39,656 bases of DNA from Mitosporidium daphniae (lineage: Eukaryota). Position 1 is the first letter of the stretch, and every line of letters begins with the position of its first letter. The position numbers and the translations under genes were made by a program. Of this stretch, positions 24,355 to 35,400 are shown piece by piece. The notes under the pieces were generated by a model, which worked only from the letters and a program-made list of their open reading frames with translations, was not told the DNA's origin and ran no database searches. The stretch lies in NCBI RefSeq assembly GCF_000760515.2, contig NW_013546423.1, forward strand, positions 1 to 39,656, given 5' to 3'.

Positions 24355-25943
24355 TTAACATGGTGGGGGGTTCCCACCGGCAATTTGCCGACGACGAGCG
24401 GAGAGGCGATCGTTTTCGGTCTTTTTGTTGCGAATTCCTCTTTGCATGGCCTCGTAAAGCTTTTTCTTTTTCTTGCTCATCATCGAAAGCGCCAATTCAT
24501 GAGACTGATCTTCCTCCTTGTCACTCTCATCGGCCTCTCGATATGCTCTAGCAACGGCATCCTGATCTTGCTCGTTTTCATCGTCATTGCCAGAGGCGTC
24601 GGCAAATGGCGATAAATGGGGTGGCAGGCTTGTCACGGTGGGACCATAGAGATCCTCTGACAGCAGCTTTTTGGAGTTGATCGAGTCAAAGATCCACTGC
24701 GGCTGGACATATTTACGTCCGCCAAACATGTTCGTCAACACGGGGCGATCAACGACATGGTGCGTGATTCTGGTATCGTTTTCTGCAAATGGCGAGCCCG
24801 GGCCATGATTCCATCCAACCCTGCCGCCAAAAGATGCGACACACAAAACCAGCACGTCAAAAGGCACTTCTCTTGACAGAAAAAAGACAAAATTTGAAAA
24901 TAAGGTGGACAGAATTTTTTTCTCTTCACTTTGGTGAATCAGAGATGTCGCTATCGATTCTTCATTGGTTGATGCGGCTTTGGGTTGCTCGCCATCTTCT
25001 ACCTGGTCGGTCTCGTGGAACTGATCGATAATGTCTTCAGACAATTTCGGGGACATGGCGGGAAAATTGGTCTCCGCGATCGATCCCTTTGCATGGGGAT
25101 TTGAGATTGACAGAAATCCAGTGGACGAGTTGGAGTCACAATCCTCGTCAGCGATTGTGGTGGGATATCCCCAGCCAATTTCTTTTAATAACTTGAAGTT
25201 AACAAACGAGACAAAGGAATGGTAAAGCTCAAGAAAAGTCGCCATTACTTTAATGTCGACATCTCTGGGTATTTCCAGTGTGAAGGCGTGCGGAACGACC
25301 CATGTGATGGTTTCGCCATGAATCTCGGCTTGCAGATAGGTTCCCTTGATGGAGATGAAAACCTTTCTCAGCGAATGTGTCTCCATCACGTATCGGCTAA
25401 ACTCCCCAAGGAGCCTGTAGCAAGATCTCAAAATCGATGCATCAAGGAATGTCACTGCATTTTGGGGGAGAGATGCAAACAGAGCAACATGGGTCAAAGC
25501 ATCGTCCAAGTCTTTTAGCGCATCGATGAAGGTAGGATATCTTGACCTTATAATATCTGAAAACGGGATATCGGGCTTGTGTAGGCGTTCATAGCGGCGG
25601 GCCGTTTCCCACTCGCCACGCGCATGGAAGTGGCGAATTTTCTTTCGGAAAATCTTGGACTTTCTTAGGGTAGAAAGAAGAGGATCGTTGACCAAATGTT
25701 TAATGTCCTTCATGTGGTAGTAAGTTTTGTTAAGTGAAGACGATCCGGCGGCCAGTTTTGACTTGTGCTTTGGATCTCGAGGATATATGCCCTTCAAAAT
25801 GCACATTCGTCTAAAGTCACGCAAGGTCACTTGTAAGACTTTGATTGCCTGATTGCGGTTAATGTAGGTCTTTACGGTTCCAGACGTATTCTAAAATGTA
25901 AGAGCACACTAATGAGGCGTACCTTTTTACGAAGTTTTCCCAT
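24355..25943 (-). CDS. NOP7: Pescadillo/Nop7 (60S biogenesis, BRCT domain), 1 intron
   Basis: MGKLRKK|NTSGTVKTYINRNQAIKVLQVTLRDFRRMCILKGIYP, RYPTFIDALKDLDDAL, BRCT ITHHVVDRP...YVQPQWIFDSIN and LPPHLSPF. Intron 25891-25922. Confidence 0.96.
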
Positions 25944-25996
25944 TTTTAATAAAATGCAACCTTTTTACAATTATTTATTTGCTTTAAATTTTAAAC

Positions 25997-26192
25997 GCTT
26001 AGCACTGCAAACAGGCCATTGTTGTTTACCCAGTTGTGCCTGCCCCTAACCCTAGTAGCATGCTGTCCGTATTTCAGCGCATATTGACCTTTTGCTGCCG
26101 CTTGTGCCGGCTGTTGTGATCGAGTTTTTCAGGAGATTTGCAGGATTCAGCCACATTTGGGATGGAACTATACGCTTCCGATGCACATCGCA
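25997..26192 (+). ncRNA. Candidate structured ncRNA, putative telomerase RNA
   Basis: 50% GC island in an unusually long spacer, with AT-rich flanks. CCCUAACCCUA at 26044-26054, hairpin CAGGC/GCCUG (26012-26042) just 5' of it, and CUGCAAA (26005-26011) complementary to UUUGCAG (26137-26143). Ends are estimated. Confidence 0.45.
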
Positions 26193-26202
26193 TTTATCTA
26201 TT

Positions 26203-29046
26203 TTATTTGAAAAGCAAACTTTGAAGAGGCCGGATGTGGTTCTTTTCATTGGACACATCCAGCAACAGGTGGTTAAAGTTTTCCATTTCAAATGTAAATT
26301 GGAGCCATAGGCGCTGTAAATGCGCCAAAATCTCGTCCTGGCTCTGATTGATGGAATTATTTTCGGAAATAATTCCAATCTCATCGTCGGTGGAAATGGA
26401 CCAAAGACCCTTTCTGGTTCTTTCCTCCATCGTGTTGATAATAGAATCCGTAAGAAGGTGCTTCTGTACAATGGAGTCATATAGTGCCGCCTAAATTAAA
26501 CGAAACAGCATTTTACCTGGATGCGGACGAATACCAATATCAGATGGAGCAGTTGGTAAAGCTTTTGTTGGACATACCGAAGCGGGGAAGACCCCCCTTC
26601 CGCAGAGGTTGAGAACACGCCCGTAACAGCTACTTTGGAAATAAAGGCAGAATGGGCCCCCAAAACATCATCAAATGTTTTGCAAAAAGGCAAGGCACCA
26701 TCGAACTGATCCCAGGCGCCTCCGATGGTGAAGATTTGGATGAAAAATAAAATTTGCCGAATGAAAGAAAGCATCCCAGTTATCATGGTACAAACCCTGT
26801 TGAAAACCAGCGGAGAAAATGGCGGCAATAGAAGCACATTGTCGTGCCTGCTCGAATTAATCTTCCGAAATAGGGAAAACCATGCCTTCCAGGACTCTGT
26901 GAGAATATGCTCGCATCGATTCAAACGCCAATTGAATCTAAACACTTTGACGTACAAGTTCATGATGGACCCGGTAAGCACCAGATTGAGAGGAGAATCG
27001 ACCTGGTAATCAAGGGTAAATGATTCCCATCCCGTTTGCGATTGCGAATTGCCGGACTAGGGGAAAACCATGAGCACCAACGGGGTACCTTTAAAAGACG
27101 AACGTCCAAACGCCCGGTAAGCCACGAAGGGTCGTATGGACAAAGAAACTCGTTGATAATCGAGTCGATAGAGCCAACCAGATTGTGTCTATAAACTTGC
27201 ACGCTGGGCTTGACAAGCTCAGATGCCAGCGAAGTTATCAATGCCTTGCAAAAATCTCCTCGTTCGCAAAAAAACACCTTTTTCAAAAACAGGATATGGC
27301 TCCAAAATGAATCTCCATTTGCACGTTGCATGGATGCCACGGTGGTGGGAAAAAACAGCCTGAATAAAAGGCGAGACCTTTCGGTGTATATTTTTTGAAC
27401 AACACATGAAAAGCGATCAAAATTGCTTCCCACGTTTTCTGGTCAATTATATGAAATCACGATACCGGAAAATGCACCGAAAGTACCAAGGGCGTCATGA
27501 TCTTGTTTAGCTTTGCCGTTTTCCTGCTTTGGCAAAAGTTCAAAATGGCGAATGAATGCTTCGATCTTCCCAATCGCCAAAACCTACAATAAATGGCAGC
27601 AGGTCACTCTTTTGGCATCGTCTAGAGAAACAAATTCGGGAAGGTCATCTGAAAGCACGTATTTGAAAGTCCATGAAGTATCGTCCTCAAAATGCACATC
27701 GGCATTTTCGGAGATGAAAAAATCGTCGCCATCATCTAGGCTTAGGATGCCACCGTTAGACATCCAGTTATAAACGAAGCCAAGCCAAGGTTTAATCATC
27801 TACACTTAAAATGGAAAAGTACAAATGAAAGCAGGTCTTGAAGCAATAGCTGGCCCACCGGATTTGCTGTGCAAAATTTCATCTTCCACAGCATGGACAT
27901 GAATTTGTTGCCAGATATCTCGGTCTCGCCACTTGTCACCCGCAACAATGAGCAGATGAATTGGGATGTGTATATTTCCTTATTAAGGTGGAAAAGCAGC
28001 GATCTAAGTGTCTGATTGTCAAGCATTGCAATCGTGGCAATGCTCCTCATCGTGTCCTTGATGAAGGCTTGGACCCAGGCTTGAAAGCTCTACAATGCAA
28101 AAAATGGCCATCACAATACCTTTAACAGCAGGGAAGGTGAACAAGATGCAGAACAAATGCCAATGCAATTTTGTAAAGATCGGATAGCAGACGCACCGAC
28201 AAGAAGATTTGTCACCAGCTCCTTGGTGGCCAACGTGCACTGAACCGAATCATCGATGGCGTAGGAGTGTTTTTTTGCATCAAAATGAAAAGTGCTGCTG
28301 TCGATCCCTTGAAAGGCCAAAAGCAAATGCTTAATCATGAGGTCCTCTGCAATGCTGTCTATACTTTAGACACGCAATTGGTACTTTTAGACAAACTGTA
28401 GCTTTTATAATCGCAAAAGGACCCGGCCGGCTGTTTCATGGGACCAGCATTACCTGGAAGGTCTCTCCCCAAAGTGGCCGAAAGGCTCCTGGCATCATTT
28501 TGACTTTCAGAATTGTTTAAAATCTTCATGATCGGGGAGAAATAGAAAGACCTGTCCATTTTTGCCATCATTTGGCGATTGAGTGAGACCTGTCCGAGGA
28601 AATAGATAATATCCCACGTGTTTTTAAAGTACGGCTAAATATACGGCAACAAAATACCTGCTGGTAGAGCTTGGTACAAATTTGCACAAACAAAGCACCT
28701 CTTTCGCCAGACAAGTCTTCAAGCGATACTACAAACATAAAAGCATGGTTGGCTACTTCTCTTTCTCACGATTTCTATCAAAATTTCCGGGCGATCTCTT
28801 GGGTACGCTGCTGGGGATATCGAGCTAAACTTTAAAACAAACATGGAACAACCTCATCAAAAGCAACTTGGAATAGTCCAGTAGAGACTCTTTGGCTGCA
28901 GATGACATCGAGCTGGAAACATATTGGGAAATAAGAAAATTTAAAAGCGAGCATATGCGATTTTCAACACAAAGATGCTGTGCAAAGGCGGCATCTGGCG
29001 TCTCGTCCATCCTGTTGCATGCAAAGGCAGGCGAGGAGCTCAACAT
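26203..29046 (-). CDS. SPC98: Gamma-tubulin complex component GCP3/Spc98, ~10 introns
   Basis: KNTWDIIYFL, LLAFQGIDS, FCERGDFCKALI, VYRHNLVGSID, RLDVRLL and GWESFTLDYQVDSPL (GCP3 GWD.F.LdY.V.gP motif). Start at 29046 or 29010. Stop taken at LQSLLFK-TAA. Confidence 0.88.
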
Positions 29047-29208
29047 TAAAAAATATTAAAAGCGTAAATGATTTGATGGTCCGTAAAGGGCCGAGGTCCG
29101 TGCACAATTTAAAATTTATCTGCCCGACCGGCTGCAAAGGGCCAACAAACGGGGCAACAAAGCATCCATAAAATGCCATGTTTCTCCCGCAAAGATTGAG
29201 CGGATGTT

Positions 29209-29574
29209 TTATTTTTGAATTGTCCGTTCAAAGATTTGAAGCCACCGTTGTAGTAGCTGATCTGTACAGTTGATGGTAAACAACATTTTCTCGATGTTTT
29301 CCTTGGTTATGGCAAGGTCTTCATTCATCTTCAGCCACTTTTGAGACACCTCGTTCCAGTCTGTCACGGCATTTACGTCGATTATGTTGGTGATCGCTGA
29401 GGGCACGGCGTCAAATCGGTTGTCTGACGTTTGGGCGAATTCCAACAGGTGTTTGTTGTGTTCCTTTAGCAGTTCGATGTTGATTCGCGTATTGCTGACG
29501 ACGTCCATCGCAGAAGACAGCATATGGGCGGCCGGGTCTTGCTCCGCACTGGAGTTTACGCCTGAATTGGACAT
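29209..29574 (-). CDS. DUO1: DASH/Dam1 complex subunit Duo1-like
   Basis: 121-aa intronless ORF. LAITKENIEKMLFTINCTDQLLQRWLQIFERT resembles the Duo1 pattern (nl..v..tv.nt..LL..W..Ilsqt). Confidence 0.6.
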   Translation of the reverse strand: MSNSGVNSSAEQDPAAHMLSSAMDVVSNTRINIELLKEHNKHLLEFAQTSDNRFDAVPSAITNIIDVNAVTDWNEVSQKWLKMNEDLAITKENIEKMLFTINCTDQLLQRWLQIFERTIQK

Positions 29575-29643
29575 TGCAAAAAATTTTCATTTTGCCTCAA
29601 ATTTAGTCCCATCCTCAACTTGCAATTGTTTAAATTAAATGTG

Positions 29644-30739
29644 ATGGAGGTCGAGAACACGGCAAAGCCTGGTGCCACGGACGCGCATGCAGATGCGGAA
29701 TGCACGCAGATAGTTGACTTGTTTAAAAACGCCGAGTAATATTGTCGCCTTCATCTTGTAGCTACTCATTGCTGCATTCCCATCTTCAGGTTTATAAGCA
29801 TCAGCTGCACCAATGCGATCAAGACATCGAGGATCTTCGGCATCTCAAGGAAGAGGCCATGGAATATCCCGAATTCTTCATAAAGACGCTGCAAAAGCGC
29901 AAAGAGGTATGGTGCGGTCATCAACCCTGGCTAGATCCCAACCCTTCAATCTATATCTATGGTCCCAGAACTTGACTTGCAAAAGTATAGAAACATACAT
30001 CTTAAGAGCTCCTTGACGTCAACTTTGTTGAAAAGAAATAGAGTCTCCGCAAGCTCTCCCATTTCGCCATCCTCAGATGCAAACACGGCCGTTGAAGAGT
30101 TATTGGCCCAAATTTCCCAGCTCCAGGAGTCTTTTAAGAAAGATCTTGTACCTTTTTTCGCTAATCATAGGAAGTACCTAAAAGTTGGAGCTGCGTCTTG
30201 GATATTACGGGGCGTTTTGAGCCTTCCCATTCGGTGCTCGAATTAAAGAAAATGAGGGAAAATTTGGCAAAATATCGACTCGATGATTCTTCGATGAAGA
30301 AAACATTTCCGGCGGTTAAGCCAAAACAGATAGGATACGCTCCCGTTAGGCAAAAGCCGAGCAAAAAGAAAAGGTATCATTGTTGGGCATGATGTTCGCA
30401 GTTCTAGGAATCTCTCGATTTTTACGCGTGTTGCCAGAGGAAGGGGCAGGCCTCCGGGGTTGATGAAGAAAACCCCATGGACAGAGCCCGAAATTGTAGC
30501 CATATATTTTGACATACGTGTAGACCATACTTAAAGAGTGGATAAAGACCCATGAGTCCGACATGAAACGGGGATATTACGAGGAGATACACCGCAAGCT
30601 TAGAGCAAGGCCGCCATCTGAAATCAGGGAAAAGGTGCAAAATCTATTGAACGAAGATCTTGCCCTTTTCGACAGCGACGAAGAACATGAAGCGAGCGGC
30701 CACTACTCAAAGGATGACCCCATTTATGATGGCGAATAA
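29644..30739 (+). CDS. ZZZ3-like protein with AT-hook and SANT/Myb-like domain, no ZZ finger seen, 5 introns
   Basis: NA|DYSLL..LQVYKHQLHQCDQDIEDLRHLKEEAMEYPEFFIKTLQ...|IPTLQSISMVPELDLQKY matches the conserved ZZZ3 segment. Also RGRGRPP and WTEPEI|TILKEW...EEIHRKL..RPPSEIREKVQ. Confidence 0.7.
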
Positions 30740-30877
30740 ATTGGCAATTTATAACGGCTTGGTTTATTGGGGTTTTAATTCAAAATGATCGCAGTCATGT
30801 TGTTGTTGTGATGGTTTGGGGTACCAACAAAAAAGGAGGGGGGGGGAGTGATGGTGGCGCCAAAGACTAACAAAGCG

Positions 30878-32508
30878 CTATTTTGAGGACGCCATTTTTT
30901 GCTGGTACGTTTGTGAAGAAATAACGGATGCGCGGATTTGGCGGCCGCCAAACCATCTGCCTTGCAACGCAGCAACGGCCAATTGAGACGCTGCAAGGTC
31001 GGAATATTGAAGCAGAACTTCTCCTTGCGTATTTCCAAGCACGACGGGACGCCCAACGAGCGCTCCAAACTTTGAGCACTCATCGTGAATATCATCGGCA
31101 AGATCGGCTTTCCAGGTTGCCGAGCTGGATGATTCTGCAATCGGGTCGTAAAGGTTAGAAAGCAAGATGTAAAACACGGGGTTTTCTTTAAAGTAATTTT
31201 GCGTCAAATGAGTGGATGTCGAAAGGTCGGAATCCCGTGATAATCTCATCATCAATTCGGCACGCGCTTGAGGCGTCATCGAGAGAGCCACCGTGGCTTC
31301 CGAATCATCTGCCAACGCCCTCATTTGGGCATCGGAGGCGACGGTGATTTTGATCTAAGTAGGTAAGCGAGACATGTAAACATACAGCTTTACCGGCAAT
31401 CTCAACCCCATCTAGCTGCTCAATGGCCTTTTTGGCATCGACATGATCACGGAAAGAAACAACGGCAGCGCCCTTGGACCTTTTGGAGACCGGATCGACC
31501 AGCAAAGAAAGATTGTCTATTCGGCCATAGGCAGAAAATATTGGCGTCAACATATGCTCGTCCACATCTGGATGGATGGATGAGATAAACAGCCTCTTGA
31601 ACTGCGAGGCGGGGCCTTTTTTTTCTGCTCTCGAGGCAGCTGAAGATGCAGCAGGCTGATTCTGAGTGGGCGGTGGTAGAATTGTCCTTGCCGACTCGGA
31701 GGATGAGCGAGATGAACACATGGCTGCGGCCTCTTCGGCAAGCCTGTTTTTCTCTGTTTCCGTATTTGAAACCAAAATGGGGATACCTAATGTAAGAAGG
31801 CACAGCAAATACCCAATAATTTATGTCCTGAAAGCAGAATTGCCAAAGGAACCGAAGGCTCGTCTCTGAACTCGACGTACCCAAAGCTACATGCATTAGA
31901 AACCAACCTTCCGAGACGCAGAGCCAAAATGGAAGATTTTACTTACCCTTTGGATCGCCCAGTGATTCTATCCGACACAATTTTGACTTGGCGGACTTTT
32001 CCAACCTTACTGAAGAATTCACGGAGCTCGGTTTCGCGCAGACGCACAGCAAGTTGCTGCACAAATACAGTTCTTCGATCTCGTTCGCCTTCTGTAAGCT
32101 CGGGAGAGGGAGATCGAGCTCGTTTGCGAATGGCTCCGCTGGGGGGATCATCTCTTTTAGCGGTTTCTACTCGACAGCGTGAGCGAGATCTAGAACGTCT
32201 TCTTCTTCTAGAATATGGGTCAGAAGTCCTCTCCTTTGAAGCAGAAGGTCTTTCTCGTGAATAGTCTCTCTTTGACGATGAGGAGGTAGATGATGATGGC
32301 CTGGGAGACCTAAAATAGTCATCATCCTGATATCTACTTTTTCCTTTGGATGGAGAAGGAGAAGAGCTTCTGGTCGTGTCTCCAGATAGCTTTTGGTTCT
32401 AAAAATAATCAATCGCTTCCTTGTGCGTACCTTGTCATTTGATGACAGCTGCTTTTCCTGGAATGGAGCTTCTAGTAATGCATCAAGCTCATCAATATTC
32501 CAAGACAT
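30878..32508 (-). CDS. RBM39: Splicing factor RBM39/CAPER (Rsd1): RS region, 2 RRMs, UHM; 4 introns
   Basis: [59 protein letters not shown] and [13 protein letters not shown]...GRWFGGRQI. Confidence 0.93.
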
Positions 32509-32755
32509 GCTATTAAATTTAAAAAATTGGCCGTCTAAAATTTACAGTGCTATTTATTTCAATGCAAACGAACACAAAGAGGCTGCACACGCCGCTTACA
32601 CGACAAGGCGACTTTGGGCACACATTTAGTTGCTAATGTTCGGGGGTTTTCAGATGCAGATTTATGGATTTCTAATGCAAATCAACGGTGCTCGATGGGT
32701 ATACCAATAGAAACTTGGCATGACCATTAGGAATCATTGTGCTATACACGTGGCT

Positions 32756-35118
32756 CTAGTCTGAAGGCAACAGTCCAAGCAAATATGGCCAAACAAATAA
32801 GCATTCAAACCGTCGATACAAGTCGGTGTATTCTGCCGACATGACAAAGTTGTATGATTCACTGAAAGAGGACTCGGAGAGCTCTATACTGTTTGAAAGA
32901 TCAACTTCATTTTCGTTCGGAAATAATCTATAAAGAAGTCTAGATAATGCTTTAGTATTGTGGGGCTCAAGGGAAATAGGGAGAAGAGGTTCCATAATTT
33001 TGGGCTCGCGCGAACAGGCCTGCTTGGATGAGTCAATGTTGCTTGGCTTTAAGTCATCGACCAACAGCAGCGATTTGAGCTTTTTAAGCCGCCCTTTAGG
33101 CAACCGAGCCTGTTGTGCAAGAAGCTGCGAGTGTGCAAAATATAAATTGCTGCGTTGTGAAGAAACATCTGCCAAAGCAGCAGTAGAGGCAGCCGCATGA
33201 AGGTAGGTTTTTTGGGCCTCAAAAACTTCGTTCGTCTCTGCAGGCTCGTTTAGGGAAATGGTAGATGGAATAACAATGTCTTCTTTCTTTGATATTTGCC
33301 TCCATCGTCTTGAGCACTATGGTAATTATTATGGCACGGCATGGATTGATACCTGATTGTCGGTCCTATTAGGCAAATGGGATGCAACCAATGACCATTT
33401 CCCAAGCCCGAACATCATCACCAAATCCTTTAGCCTGGATGTTTCCTACAAATAAGAGGCTCAAAAAGGCTTACTTCAGCAGACCATTTGCCCAAGTTTA
33501 AAGAGGGATCCAGAATATTTGACCATCTTTCACGACATTGCACATCTGTTCGCCCTGGAACCATTTGCTGCACTTGGGACCATTTTGCAACGCCGTAAAT
33601 TCGAACCGCTTTCCGCAAGCACTCGTCTTCTGCTGGGGTCCACTTTCCTCGATGTATTTTTGGATCGAGACTTTTGAGCCAGCGATGCAGGCATTGTTGG
33701 CCTGAGCGCCCCTCGAGACATCCCGAGACGGCTTGCCAATTTTTGGTGCCAAAATACTGAACGGCTTTTTTTAATAGCATATCTTCATGTGGAGTCCAGC
33801 GTCTATTGTTAGCAGTCAATTCAAATATCCTTACTCTCTTAAATGAGAATTGTTTATGAATCTTTGATACTGAATGAAGCAGCATATTTCCGTCCTGTGG
33901 TTTCCATGCTTCTCTGCAATGATTTGCCATCGGTGTTTTCCGAGAACATCTTTCAAAGAATTTGCATCAACCAACATAAGGCTATTGGCATGGGTGTGAA
34001 CGGGCTCGGCCGTTGGCGCTTCCTTAATCGAAAGTATGGTTTCCGACAGACGATCTAGCTCGTCTTTATTCCAAGGGCGGTTATTTATAAGCGGGTGATC
34101 GTGGAAAATCCATTGGATAAGGCATTCTTCAGGGGATTTTACATTCATCAAACACTCGGAGATTTTAATCCAGTCCAGCCCGTGGGTATTTATCTTTAGA
34201 TTCTTTTCCGGCAAAAGTTGGATGCTGTTGATGATTTCACGGAATGAAGAAAACGCCCTATGGTTTGGGCTAGGCGAGAGTCGACGCTGCATATCCGCGC
34301 CGGAGACATCATTGCAATCAAAGTTTGACGATGCCCCATCGAACTCCAATTGTCGAAACTCGGTTTTGAATCTATGATGAAAGCAGTGTCTTACCGCTCA
34401 TAAATGGTATCCAAAAGTAATTGTTGGTTTTGCGTTTGAATGGCCCGCGACAGGGCAACTCTTTGCAAAGGGGTCCACCGCATCGCTTTGACGTGCCGTG
34501 GATACAGCGAATACAGATGATTCATCAACAATATGTCGTCGAAGCAATTTGACAGAGTCGGGCACTCGCCACCATAATCCTGAAAATATCTACCGCGCGA
34601 GCAGAGCGGCAAAGCCTGCATGGCCGACTGAGTGTGCCCGCTTTGTTTTGACGCCGATGAATACCTCCTGATTGCTCGACTGTGTCTCTTCATAAACAAT
34701 GAGGATAAATGATTCTAAGGTTAAAAAGAATGGCTACCTGATGTTCAGAGATCTTTTTGAGGTTTTGTTGGATGTTGGAAAAAATTATCAAAAGCCGCTC
34801 TTGCATCGATTTGTTGATGGAGTATAGTTTGAGGAGAAGATTATGATATTCATCCTCACTGTCAACACTTGGCTGATATTCATGGAAGGAAAAATCCAGA
34901 TTTTTGATGCTGTCGTATGTGTGGGGATAGTCAAATTCCCTAAAAGAGGGTACAATGGTTTTGAGAATGGAAATGAACTTTTCTTCCGTGTCTGTGCCGA
35001 AGGGATCAAAATCGGTTTCTACCGCATCTGTGGGGACCATTTCAACAGGAGAGATGCTGGAAGACCGATCCCCGCAATCGGCTGCGTCGATAACTCCGTC
35101 AGACTCCCACATCGACAT
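32756..35118 (-). CDS. SNAPC4: snRNA-activating protein complex subunit 4 (SNAP190)-like multi-Myb protein, 5 introns
   Basis: Half repeat LDWIKISE...ECLIQWIFHDHPLINNRPWNKDEL followed by four Myb repeats (RTEICCFIQYQ; WTPHED...RSGQQCLHRW; WTPAED...RTDVQCRERW; WSAEE...RTDNQCSRRW). C-terminal RFECLFVWPYLL. Confidence 0.8.
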
Positions 35119-35173
35119 ACGTGGGGGGAGGTTGGCTTGGCTTAAATTAAATTTGGTGCAATTTAATAAATAA

Positions 35174-35400
35174 ACCTCGGATAAATCTTGGCCAAGTGAC
35201 TCGATTATGACACATGCTTCGTCTAAAATTGAGCTCTTGAGAATATATTTCAAAGGAAACAACACACTTCGACACATAAAGCAACTATTGTTTGTTGGAA
35301 CCGGTAATTTTACGAAAGCTTCCCACCAACCAATAGGTGCCTCTTGTTCGGTTCCCGATCTCACATGCTTGATGGAGGGCATGACCTCGGATAAATCTTG
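35174..35400 (+). repeat. Exact 17-nt direct repeat ACCTCGGATAAATCTTG at 35174-35190 and 35384-35400
   Basis: Direct sequence comparison. The copies are 210 nt apart, one upstream of the hydrolase ATG and one in exon 2. Confidence 0.85.

Noticed and set aside
9324..29574. Apparent spindle gene cluster (PACT protein, GCP3, Duo1-like)
   Set aside because: The genes are interspersed with unrelated housekeeping genes and share no visible regulatory element, so chance is a sufficient explanation.
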